A stretch of DNA of 64,000 bases from assembly GCA_048013815.1 (NCBI GenBank), contig CM106585.1, forward strand, positions 20,956,001 through 21,020,000, given 5' to 3'. The number at the start of each line of letters is the position of its first letter. The first letter of the stretch is position 1. Position numbers and translations under genes: made by a program. The notes below the pieces were generated by a model. The model was not told the DNA's origin. It saw nothing but the letters and a program-made list of their open reading frames with translations, and searched no databases. Shown here piece after piece: positions 36,328 to 49,300 of this stretch. The DNA comes from Setoptus koraiensis. Lineage: Eukaryota > Animalia > Arthropoda.

Positions 36328-39300
36328 GTAAGTACAACTACAAATAACTTTGTTACTTTCAACCATATAACTCGGCCACTTTTTGCTAGTTTCAAAATTT
36401 GATTCAACGACCACAACTGTCTGTCTGTTATGTTTAAAGTCGCCCCCTGGTTTCCATTTGTTATGCCGCCGCTGCTGCCCAAATGACGACACCCCGGGCC
36501 CCCTGTTGTTGGCCACCTTCAGTCTGACTGTTGCTCTACTTCTGGCCTGCTCACTGCAAGCCAGAATTATCCAGTTTGGGGCCCGTTTGTCGACGTGAGC
36601 CTGACAGCGGCCCCGTGCCAGCGGGCTTAACGGAGCCGGCTGGCGGCTCGGCGGCGCGGTAGGGCTTGGTTTGTGTGGTGTGCAAGGGGCAAGTAGCGAG
36701 CATTGCATATCACTCAATGTGTTGTAGTGCATGTTGTGTTTGTTTCTCGCTGCTGCTCGTTGTTGTTGTTGTTGTTGTTACTGTAGTTGATGATGTTTTA
36801 TTCAACGGCACAATGGCTGGCAACATGATAGCCAGCGTTGATTTTGGCCATAGATTGCGGCGATGGGGGCCCCAAAAGACGCAAGTGGCACAACATCAAA
36901 CTGATCAGACAGCGCACTCTTGTATGACATGAACGATATGCAAATACATACGCTATACATATCGCGACATAACGGTCATTTTTCAAGACGAATATGCTTT
37001 TTTGCTTCGCCTTCGCTTGCTTTTTTATTCCACTTAGGTCACCTGAGTCAGATAGAATGCACATGGTTCTATCTGGGGCCACCAGTCCGGCGTGCAATTC
37101 TCGCGCATCGGTGTATACATTGTAATGTAAAATAAAGTTGGCATCGGTGTCATCGTCATGACGATGCGATGCCCAAGACTATTTATTGTATACACAGTCT
37201 TATATAACATTATGGCATTACAATTGGGCATTGGCAACAGCCAACTATTATGTTGTGATGCACTAGCGAGTGCATGCGAGCCCTCAGGTGAATACGCGCT
37301 TGCCCGCCATCAATTAACCAGCGATAACAACGAACAAGAGCGAAACTTTCGACTTTTTATGATGTTCAAGTTATGTTTTTTGTTTCTTATTTTTATGCTC
37401 GTATTTGCGTTGTTGTGCCCCATTGGCAATGTTATTGCCAGTGTTGGACAACAGCACAAAAAACAACAACAAGTTGTAACACGCGGAGGCGCATGCTGTT
37501 GTTGTGGTTGTTGTTGATTACATGTACCTGGTGTATGCAGTGCGGCATTTACAGCAGCATACACGGCAGAGATTAATCGAAGCTGGCGCAGAATCACCAG
37601 GTGAGCCGCGTCGAAGCCAAGCGGCCAATAGCCAAGATAATAATCGTCTGTTTCTATGTTTCTATCGTCCATTCCGAGACACACTCACACACACACACAC
37701 AGAGAAACTCGCATGGAACGAGCCAATTCCTTACCTGTCCGAACTTACCTGTTCGAAGTTACCTGTTCGAAGTTGCCTGCTCGAACTTGGCTGCGTTGTG
37801 TGTTGGGCGAGAAGTGATAACGCTCAAAAGTGTGCACAGCGATAGCGACAAGAAACGAGCAATTCTTATGGGCAACGTTGGTCGGTGTTTCGGTGTTATT
37901 AGTGGCGGGCGACCGATGATCACGACTTGTAATCACAGGCTTCGATTTAGCGCGTGCCTGTGTGCGTGCCTGTTTGTTGTATATGATTGTTTCAGTTGAT
38001 TCTTCTCCGTGTCTGTGTCTTTGTGCGATTGAGGCGAACACAAGCGCTCTGTTGAGCACACCAACAAACACACCGACACCACACCAATTACCTGTTCAAC
38101 AGGTATCACTAGCTCACCTGTTGTGTCCACTGGCCGCAGCCAGTGCATGCTTATTGGTCGCCTTCATGCATATGCGCATGCACCGTATATCCGAATAGAT
38201 CCGAATAGATCCGAATATATCCGTCCATACACATGTAGTATGTGCAGTGTATGCAGAGGTATGTGGATGTGCGTGGATAGGGCGCAATGGTGGCGCGTTC
38301 TTTGCGCGATGCTTCGGTGATTTTGCTGATTGTGTCCCATCAGGTGGTAATCATTGGACTGTCAGAAATCGATGGCAAAAATGGAAATGGCATCGTGAAC
38401 AAATGCAATTTGACAGTGTGTCTATCGTCTATTCAAGTCGGCTTAAGCAATTGTGCGTCAGTTGGCTTTGTGCTGGCACTTGAGCCATTGCAAAGGATGT
38501 CGGCTCGCTGCTGGCTCGCAACTGACAACTGACAGCTGACGATTGACAAACGACATTGGATGCGGCCAGATTCTTTGGGCCACCTCACACCAGCTCACAC
38601 CGACTGTCGGCACCAACAAGTCGCACACCAACGAGTGCAAGTGAGCGATTGCAATTTGCAATTTAGCCTCACAACAACAACAGCAACAAAGACAACAACA
38701 ACGACGACGACAACAACAGCAACAACTCACAACTATCGGCCAGTTTGAGCGAAATGGCCCAAGTGAGCGAGCGGCCAGAGCGAGCAGACACTCAGGCAAA
38801 CAACTTTGCCTTGCACTGGGTGTGACCGGCACGAGTGGCCCCTTTAATTGATTTTGGCACTTTTATGTGATAATATTATTGCCAATTTGAGCCGCTCGGC
38901 AAACAAGTCGCCGAAAGGTGAGCACAAAGGTGCAAAGATGGCGCCGAACCAATCACGGCACCTATCGCAATGGTCGCGATGGTCGCGATGGTCGCAATGG
39001 CGTATCGTGTGTCTGAGCTGTGATTGTGTGCCTTGACTCAATACTATTGAGGGCCAGTTTGTTTTTGTTGGCCACTCTCTTAGCTCTCGGCCAGCTCTCG
39101 GCCAGCTCTCAGCCAGCGAGAGGGACAGAGGGAGCGACTGCAAACTGCAACGAAGCCGCCGACAACAAATGAAGTGAGCGAGAGAGCCAAAGAACGTTCT
39201 TTTTATATGAGATTTGCAGTTGTTTGCATTGGGCAGCTCGTTAGTCGTTGGCCGGTCGTAGCGTGTTAGTCGGTTATGGCCGAACAAGTGGCTCTCGCTA

Positions 39301-40312
39301 TCGCTTCGCCAATCAATATCCAGCGAGTGCCATAACGAACGACGGCCGGCCAACAAATGACCGGCGTAACCATGACAACAACATCTCATATCTCATATCT
39401 TGTACCTTTTATCTCTCAGCGCGTCGTGGCAGCAGCAGCCGACAACAAACAAGCAAGCAAACAAGCGAGCGACAAGTCTGACAAGTCTCGACATGCTCGT
39501 CCTAAACTATCCAGTGTGATATCGACGTTGCCAGTTCAAGCAAGGCCGATCTCTCTATTTGTTTGTTTATATGGCTCATTGTTGATAATTAATTATGGTC
39601 ATTATTATTGTTGTTGCCGTTGTTGATATGGCCGCTGCTGGCCAGCAAATAGCCGGCAACAAATAACAAATCGATCGCTATAAACTCACTGTCAGTTGGT
39701 CGTGCTTCGTTTGATGGCACTTTGTTCACCGCAAATCAAGCGCCGCTAGCCGGCTCAATTTTCACATATACAGATAAATACATTAATTAATAACAAATGA
39801 ATAACAATCAAAAGCAACAAAATCGCAGATTGAGAGCAACAAAATCACAGATCGAAAGCAACGAAATCACAGATCAAAGGCAAAAATAGTATGAAGCGGA
39901 GCCAATTTAATGATCTTATTCAATTAGTGAATCATTAACATAAACAACAACAACAACAGTAACAACCTGTACTGTTTGTCCGGCTCACTTGCTGTTGGCC
40001 GTTAGTTAGCTAGAGATAATGCCAGAGATTTGCCAGTGAGTAACAATTAAGCGACGATGACGCAATCACTTTGTTAGCAATCACTGATAACTGTAACTCT
40101 TGTATACAAGCTGCAACTGTTACAGCGCAACAGAAAACAAAATCAAAATCAAACAGGTGACTTGATAATTTCTAGTGCTGGTGCGTGTTATTATCCATTG
40201 CCGGGCCTATGTGTTGGTAATCTGATCGAGACATCGCCGGCATCGCAAGCCTGCTAAATAGTTTGTCTTGTTAGCCAAAAAGAGGGCACACAACAACAAC
40301 AGCAGCAGCAGC

Positions 40313-40344
<32 letters not shown>

Positions 40345-43300
40345 ACGAGATTAGCCCGTCGCCAATTGATAGTTTATTTATTGTAACAACACACAGTGTG
40401 GCTCTGGCGATATGATTGAGCCAGATATCAATTTAATACTAGCCAGCGTCATGTTGTTGCGTAACCAACTAACGGGACGGGGCAAACTCTGAGATTAGTG
40501 GCTGTGGCATGAGCGAGAGAGAGAGAGAAGGGGCCATTGTGGGCTGTATCAGCGGCCGCAAATCGCGCGCGCTCTGCAAATTAAATGAAGCTGCTAATCT
40601 GAATAGTTTGGTAGGAATAAATTGAATACATTCAGTCTGTCCCAACGCCTCTCTTTCTTTTGAACTGTCCATCATTTATAATTTGTTTGGTGGTTCGCAA
40701 ATAACGGAATGGAGAAGTCGCCAAGGGTGATTTAATAAGCTGCTTACTGTTTGCATTTGCGTTTATGATGAACACTACCAAACACTAAGTGCTGGACAAA
40801 ACGAAGAAAAAACAGAGTAACGGTGACCTTCGATGGGATGTTTTTGAACGTTGTTTGGTTGAACAAGAAGAAGAGAAAAGAAAACGAAATTCAAATAAAA
40901 GCAAACTAAACGCCAAATAAATCTTGTTAGAGAACACGGACATCATTAGCCGCAACAAAGGCCGCCAGATTTATTGAAACAAACACAAACATCACTGGCC
41001 AATGTTAGTTAATGTTTGTTGATGTGGGCCCGAACTGCATCATTTGGCTAACAGCAACATGGTTTGACTTTGTTGCCCAGGCAACACAGTTGACTTATTG
41101 CGCAACGGACAACGGCACAGGTGAACATTGAACAAGCTGTTTGTTGTTGGATAATAATAATTTATCTTATCACTTTGTCGTGTCGCTGTTTGTTGTGTGT
41201 AAGCCGCATAATCATCACAATGGAGACGACAAAAACTTACTGTCACACACGCTGTTTAACTACCGACTGAGTAACTAACAGTAAAGTTAGTTAACTGTTT
41301 GCCTGCCTTGTGAGTGGCTAAATAACCTAGTTTAGCCTAATTAATGATCTATTAACAGCGCCACTGTTTGTGTGTGTGTGGGCGCCCACGCAAACAAACC
41401 CTCGTCTATGTCGTCTATGTTGTCTATGTTGTCTATGTTGTCTATGTTGTGTGCAAACAAATGTAGACAAAACGTCGGCCACGAACATTGCCAATTCATT
41501 CAAATGAGCTTGCCACGGTGTTACCTGGCAACAGCTTATTTTGGCACCTGTTGCTGGCCCGAGTGAGCCGTTTATCGGGTTGGCGCAAGTTGACTGTTGT
41601 TGTTGTTGTTGTTGATGGTGATTCTAGTCGATTTACAATTATCTGACACCAACTGTCTCGCTGTTTGTTGACACTTGACAAGCGGCCGAGCGAGTCAATT
41701 CTAATAAAATATTCCGATCAAGTTGCCCGTTCGATTGCTGGCCGCATTGGCATCTCATTAGCACACAATAATGACTCACACGTGTCCAGCGTGAGCAGTG
41801 AGTGTCACAGGTGAACTTGTATCGTCGCGAATGCACTTGACACAAATGGGGCCCGTATCGTGCAAGTTGTATAAAGCTGACTGTGAGTTCAAGTGGCTGA
41901 CAGGCGCGCTCATGAGCGTACCGGATCGGTGGCTCTCTTCAATGGATCACTTACACTGCTTAAACTGGCAATAATCGACCATATGTTTACAGTGCGCCTA
42001 TCACAATATGCAAATGAGATTTAGGTAGTGCCAGCGGTGTCAGTGTTGATCAATCAACGACACACAACAACAACATTGTTACATTGTAATGAGCAGCAAT
42101 AATAATAGCAACATGGGCGCTCAACTGCACTGGCGCTCATTGGTATTCACGAGCATAGCTGTAAAGGTTGTATTTTGGATAAGCCGAGCACACGGATAAT
42201 GCAAACGGATAATGAAAACGGATAATGCAAACGGATAATACCCGCCGATAATACATATAGACAGGTTGCACTTTTTCGCCGCTTATCTCGTGTGTCGCTA
42301 ATGTATCGCTGGCCAAACTCGCCGGCTGGCTGACCGGTCAGCGGCTAACGAGCCGGCCGACAGCCGACAGCCGAAGAGCCGGCCAACAGCCGACGAGCCG
42401 GCCAAGTTTGTCAGCTTGTCAGCGACGGTCACCGGCGGCCGCGTAGACGCATTTTGCACACAAAATTTACATTTTATCCCATTGATTCGTTGTGTCGTGC
42501 TCGCCCTGGCGACTGTCCGATCTCGTCTCATCACAAGCTCGCCTTTTGCATTTGATCAGATGGTTTGGCAACGCGCGCAAATGAACAAGCCAACAAGCTG
42601 GCAATTTTATCTCATTTTATTTTGTAAAATACATTAGTTTGCAAGTTTATAAATTGCTTAAATGAACAAAAATATGAACCGTATAAACAGTATTTATAAC
42701 AGTTAGCGAGCTGACACACTCACAGTTCAGCTAAATCAATCAAAGCTCCTCTGATAACAGCTGACCAACACTGACTAACTAGTGCATACTGTCATTAACA
42801 TTGAACAAGTGCATGTTTGTGTGTGTCAACACATTGCTGACCAGTTATCTGGCCAACTACAAACACACACACACGCACACACTAACTAACTGTTGCAACA
42901 TGTTGTAAATTCAATTCTTTGGGCTCATTCAACTCGACTCGACAGCGTCACTGGGCTTGCCAGTTGCGACAACAAGTGCCCATTGCGTAATCGTCATTCG
43001 CTTCCTCTTCTTGTCAGCTCAACTAAATCATTATCTCTTGCTCTCTCAATGGGATCATCGTCAGTCATTCAGCGTTCGTTTATTCAGCGTCGCCACTCGG
43101 CGTCGTCGTTTATTCAGCGTCGCCGAGCAGCCGACTGGCAAAAATAAATGACGACAACAAGTTTCGGCTACCGATTGAGCGACTTTGGCATTGGCCGGTG
43201 GAACTGGCCAGTCGCCATTTTCACCGGCTCGCCAGTCTGACGCGCGCGCTTAGCACGCGCGTGGGCGTCCCACAACTTCCGTTCTGACACAAACATACGC

Positions 43301-46300
43301 TCATACAAACACGTATCATTTTTGTCAGATTTCGGCAACCATTTCTTATCATTTAATAAGCACCGTTATACACTTGTTGTGCACTTGTTGTGCCACACAC
43401 ACACACACACACTGGTGCACAGGTAATGTCCGCTAATGATACATGTTGGTCTTGTTGTGACTATCTCACAGCGACTGTCAGTTGAAGAAGGATCACAGAT
43501 CGGTATCGATCAATCACCGATGATCGCTCTCTATTCATGCCGCATACATTACATTGCATGCTCGATTGGCTCGATTGGTTCGATTGGCTCGCTTGACTCA
43601 AATGACTCGCCTCACTCACCTGTGTCATGCAGGCCCAATGCGTTGCTGGCCCACCCGATCGGAGCCGATTGATTCGGATTTCAATGACTCGACTTGTAAC
43701 ATAATTTGCACTATGACATGTTCTTATCTGGCTCCGTGTCTCGCCGTAATCGCCGCCGCCGCCGCTGCTGCCCATGATGATGACGCAAACATGATGATGA
43801 ATGAATAAATGCAAACGCCATTACTGTCTATTTTTGCTGCTCACTGCTATCATCACTGACAATATCACTATTATGACTAACTTTTGCTTGCGGCCGCCGA
43901 TGAAAAACAACGATATGCGCACACGTCGATTGTAATCACATTAGCCACTTGTTATTAGGTGTAGTGGTGTTGAGTAACCGCCAGTAACAAGCTCAACTAA
44001 CCTGTCCATTCGATAGTATCAAAGCCACAAATTTTATTCCAGCACAAAGTGTCAGTGTTGGCATGATGCGGCTGCCAGTTGTTTCCGCTTTAGTTTCGAT
44101 AACAAAAATTGATTGGCAGCAGCAGCAACATTTAACACCGGTCAACAGATTTAACAATGATTTGGGCTGGCGCAAATCATTCGCTGTTGACAGTGATGGC
44201 AAAAGTAATAGCAGCACCATTGTAAAATAATAAACCTATTTGCATAATCAATTGGCGAACCATGGCTGCACATACCATCACTATCACCTGTTGCCGTGTC
44301 ATGTAACGGAGGCGGCAATTAACAACAATGCGCGATAATCACTGCTATCAATCGCTACGATATAATAATATAATAATTAATCTGAATCAATGATGCTGCT
44401 GCTGCCAATGTAACGGCTCAATATGTAGCGGCAGCTTTCGTTTATTACATAATATATTACACATAATATTACATAATACATAATGATGTTATATTGTTGC
44501 ATCAATCAGCACCTAGTCACGCAATCTGGCCACATTACAACAATTACGATATGTCGTCTGTGATGCAATTAGGCTGCAATTGTATGTTTGTGTGTGAGTG
44601 AGTGTCTAGACAACGATTTAGACAACAATTGTGTTGTCGCTGTTGCTCCAACTGACAACCAACTGACCAGCGGTTAGTCAGGAAGCCAACGAGCCGGTCC
44701 GAGGAAATTCAACTCGAGCCGCATTAATTAAATTAATGCAAATGAGCCAATCCTTCGCTGGTCGATAGTTTGTTCTTGGTAGCTCGTCGGAGCCAGTCGA
44801 CGCTAACAGTCGACGCCAACAGTCGACGCCAACAGTCGATGCTAACAGTCGATGCTAACAGTCGATGAGTGAAAAAAGGCGGCCAACAAAGGCTTCCTCG
44901 TTGCTGTTTCTCAGCGGTTGTTGGTCTCACTCGATCATTATATCATCAGTGGTGTGTCTGGTCTAATTTCGGCTTGTTTGATCCGATAATTGCCTGCTTT
45001 TTCCGCTACCAGGGGGAACCGTCTCAGCAATGGCGAGTGGGGATCATTCATCGAGCTAGCTGCATGATCTATTGATAGTTTATGTGTGTGATACATGGTG
45101 GTGAGTCACTCAGTGTGTGTAAATATATTGAAATATTGTAATTTTACAGTCGCCATGGTGGTTGTCGTGCGCCGTCAGACTGTTTGCCGGAACTGTACAA
45201 CTGTAATGTCTCGCGGCATTGTCTCAAGAAGCCAGACGGCAGTAATAGTGGCGGTAGTTGTTGTAGTGACTTATAAATAAAATCGATAGAGGCACTAGTA
45301 ATGTGATGAGTGTGATAAAAGAACAGGAAGTGAGAGAGCATGTTGTAAATAACAGCGCAAACAATGCTAATTGGCCCTGTTCGACAACAACAGCCCACTT
45401 ACAGACGAGCCTGTTGTTGTTGTTGTTGTTGTTGTTATTTTTAAAAACAGCAACAACTAATATGCATCCAATATTGTTATTATCTAACATTGTAATTTGT
45501 CGCCCTGTCATTGTCCCATGAACGAGCGAAGCGGTTAAAATAAAAACAAAAGAACAGCCCCTCTATCATTCTTGGTTATTGTTTGCATGTTTAGACTTGC
45601 ACACATAACAGCACATTTTCTTTTGCAAACATCAACACAAAGCGCCAACAACCACAACAACAACAACGACTGGTCACATTCAGTGCCGTCCAATGGCCGG
45701 TTGTTGTTGTTGTTGTTGTCGGGAGTTGTTGGCCGGAGTGGCAACAAATCGACATTTTGCGCAAAATAATCGCGATGAGACAGCATCGACAACAAGACGA
45801 AAATTTGCTTATTATGCGCGCTATTATGTGGGCAATTTTATTTATTTATTAAGGCTTGCATGTGAGCAAAAAGAAGATGCAAGAATGAACGAGAAGGGGC
45901 CCAAAAGTTGCAAGTGTTGTGCGGTTTTCGGTCGACTTTTCACGTTTGAGCCCAACTGAAAAGAGGTGGAAATAGCCGGTTCGAAATATTATTACAATAA
46001 ATCTGTTGATTTATCTCTTTCTCTGATTAGCCGCCATAGTCAGTGTGCAAGCCGCTAGTTTGCCAGCAATTTACAGACAATTTTTCGACAACAACCACCA
46101 CTAATCTGTTGTGTGTTCACACACACACCTAACCTCACCTTTTCCACCGTCTACATCATCATCGTTTCGCATTCCGTACCTGTCTGTCTGTTTGAATGTT
46201 GCCTAATCCCTTATGACGACAACAATTCGGCAACAAAAAAGAAACTTAGTCTGACTGCGAACAAAAACTTTCAACGAAAGCTTGACTTTCAGCGCCGCAT

Positions 46301-49300
46301 TTTTTCAGCTTCGGCCAGCTTCTGACTGCTTTTTTCTTTTCGCTGGCTCTCTTTTTTGCAACAGGGGTGCTCTTCTTGTGTGCTGCTCTTTTCTCTCTCT
46401 CTCTCTCGCCGTGTCTCTATACACTGCATACATGCGCTGCCATACGCTGTGTTAATTAATAACTTGTGGTCAGTTGGCCAGAGTTTTTCTCTGGCCGAGC
46501 CGAGTGCGCTTTTCGGCTCGGCTTTTTCCCTTTGTCCACTCGCTTGAATATAATATAAAAATATAAATCGCAACAGATAAAAGAAAGTTTTGCTCTTTAG
46601 TGCTGTTTGTTTATCGAATGTGTGTTAAAGTTTGCGGTATCTGCCATTGTATTGTATTCGCAATCTCGCATCGATTTATGCACACAGAAAGAGAGGGCAC
46701 GAACAACGAAAACAAAACGACTGGCCAGTTGTGTGAAAAATATTACATTTGACTGTAATGAAAACTGATGAAACCAACAGAATTCGAGAAACGCATTCCA
46801 AGACATTCAAGAATTCAAGCAAACGCAAGAGCGAAAGTGTAACCGCCGCCGAAACAGACGGCCTAGTTGTTGTGAGCGCAATGTGAGGCCGCATGAGCGC
46901 AAACATGACGCAACAGCAACAACTGACCACCACTCATAATCTCGTACCGAATGTCGCTGCGGTTTGCCATACAATTTGTGTGGTACAAGCAGCTTGCTAG
47001 CAGCTTGCAAACGGCATGTGTAAGCAGTGGCCGAAATAGAGACATGGGGGCATCGGGCACAACAGGTAGGCGAATCGCCGGTATCATTAGTGACCAGGCG
47101 AATTGTTGGCACAAAATACACACTTGTTGCATGCCACGTCATGTTATATATATATAAACATACTCAAATTATTCATTATTATACATATACAAATATACAA
47201 ACTTCATTCGTCATCAACGTCGCAAACGGCTGACAAATAATTAAAATGCAGCCAACGCGGGGGCCAATTCGGGCCACCTTTGGGCTAGTTTGTGCGATTG
47301 CGTTTGCATGACGGTGACATTCTTTTGCTGGCTGTCGGTCGCTCGATCATGCCATCGCCGTCGTTATTCACTGACAATATTCTAATATTGTCAGTGTTGT
47401 TGTTGTTGTTGTTGTTGTGTTGACCAATCACTGCGACTGGCCTAACCAGGCCAACCAGTCGTGATGATGCCCCCCTCGCAATGACACAATCAAATGTCAG
47501 TGGTCAGCGGCTGTGTGGCTCGCCAAGCAATAAACAAACAACAGGTGAGCCAGTTGCAACCTGTAGGCATTTGAATGGCGATTCGGGGTCATCTCTGCAC
47601 AACGGCGCACGATTTGGGGTGACACTGCGTGTGTGTGGAGCGTGACATGGATATTGTTATGTGACAATATAACTACACTATAAATATGCCCTCTATCGCC
47701 ATTCAAATTAACGAGCCATTTTTGTTCGGCTGGCCAATTTGCCGGGACACATTTTCTCATGTTTTGCCGCTGTTTGCCGCTGTTTTGCGGCGCAATTTCG
47801 CGGCTCCTCCACAATTGCCGAAACGGGACCGCCGAAACAACGACAGCAACGAGCGAAAAGCAAACAATGAACTTATTAACAATTGGCTCCTTGCAGCTCC
47901 TCGGACCGTTGCAAGTGCGAAGCTCGATGCGTTCATTTGTGTGTGACATTATTGTTGTGATCATCTCAAATATTTGCTCGCTCATCGTACTCATCGGGCC
48001 GTCTAAAATGGCCCGATGATTATGATGATTGCACCAGCGGCTATTCATCCACACTCACGCTGGCCACCATTGACAGCGCATGGAAATGGCCGTAGATTAT
48101 GCAAGATTTTGTACAAATTTTGCCTGATTTGGCGCCGCATAAGGCGACATAAAGCGGCGTGAGGCGGCGTGAGGCGGCGTGGAGCGGCACAGAGTGAAGC
48201 GTCCACTAGACTCCAGTGACTGGACTCTAGTGACTAGACTCTAGTCACAAGAGGCAACAGGTCGTGCAAGCATGATTGCCGACTTAATGACGGCTATGCG
48301 AGCAATTGAAGTAAATTAAATATCCTGTAAATTACAGTGTTGCTGTTGGCAGTGTAAGTTTGTATGTTTGTGAGTGACCTCAATGGCCACCAGAGCTCGC
48401 CAGAGCCGGCCCGGCTGCCCGTGAGCCCGTGAGCCAGTGAGCCGGCCAGCGCTAGCGTGATCAAATCGAATCTGGCCAATGCATCAAATTTTCGTTTGTT
48501 GGCTCATATAATGTGTTGCATAATGATGTTGCACAGGTAGCCGTGTCGTTGTTATTATTCGTTGCGTTTCGTTAGTGTGTTGCGTTGGTCAAGTTCATCG
48601 TGACGACGCCAAAAGAGTTGCTGCTCGCGACTCGCAACCCCCAACTCGCGACTCGCGAGAGATATTGATACACAACTGGACGCATACTGCCACTATGGTG
48701 CCGCCACTATGATGCCGGTGGTCAGCTCACGGCCAGTGTGAATTGTTGCTGTTGTTGTTGTTGCTGTTGCTGCTGTTGTTGTTGGTTGGGCAAGCCATGA
48801 CCGTGAAAGAATAAAGGCCCACAGGATGATAATGATTCGCTGAGCCCGCCATTCATTGCCAGTGTCGCTGTTGCTGCGACCCAACAGCGGCTGTTTCTTC
48901 TCACTTATATAATGAAACTTATAATCGGTGCTGCACATTCCTTTACAATGATTCCTCTCTATTTAAAATGAGAAAAACTTTTCAACAAAAACTGCCAACA
49001 AGCAAAAATTGGAAGCTCCAAAAATGTGGCTTCAAAATATTTCTGTTTCACTTGGTTCAACCGAAATGCTTGTTGCCGACAAACTTGCTGCTTGCCAGCC
49101 AACAATTTCTCCACCTGACCATACACTATAATCTCGCTGCTACATGTGCTGTAATCAAATGTGTATGTGCAGTAAAAATCATTTCCACCAACTGTTTGAA
49201 CGACTCAAATAATGGCGTCACAAGTCACAACTATTCGAAGAGAGAAGAAAAAAAAACTATTCACTGGCACAATAAACTTATTGAGGCATTATTATGGTTT

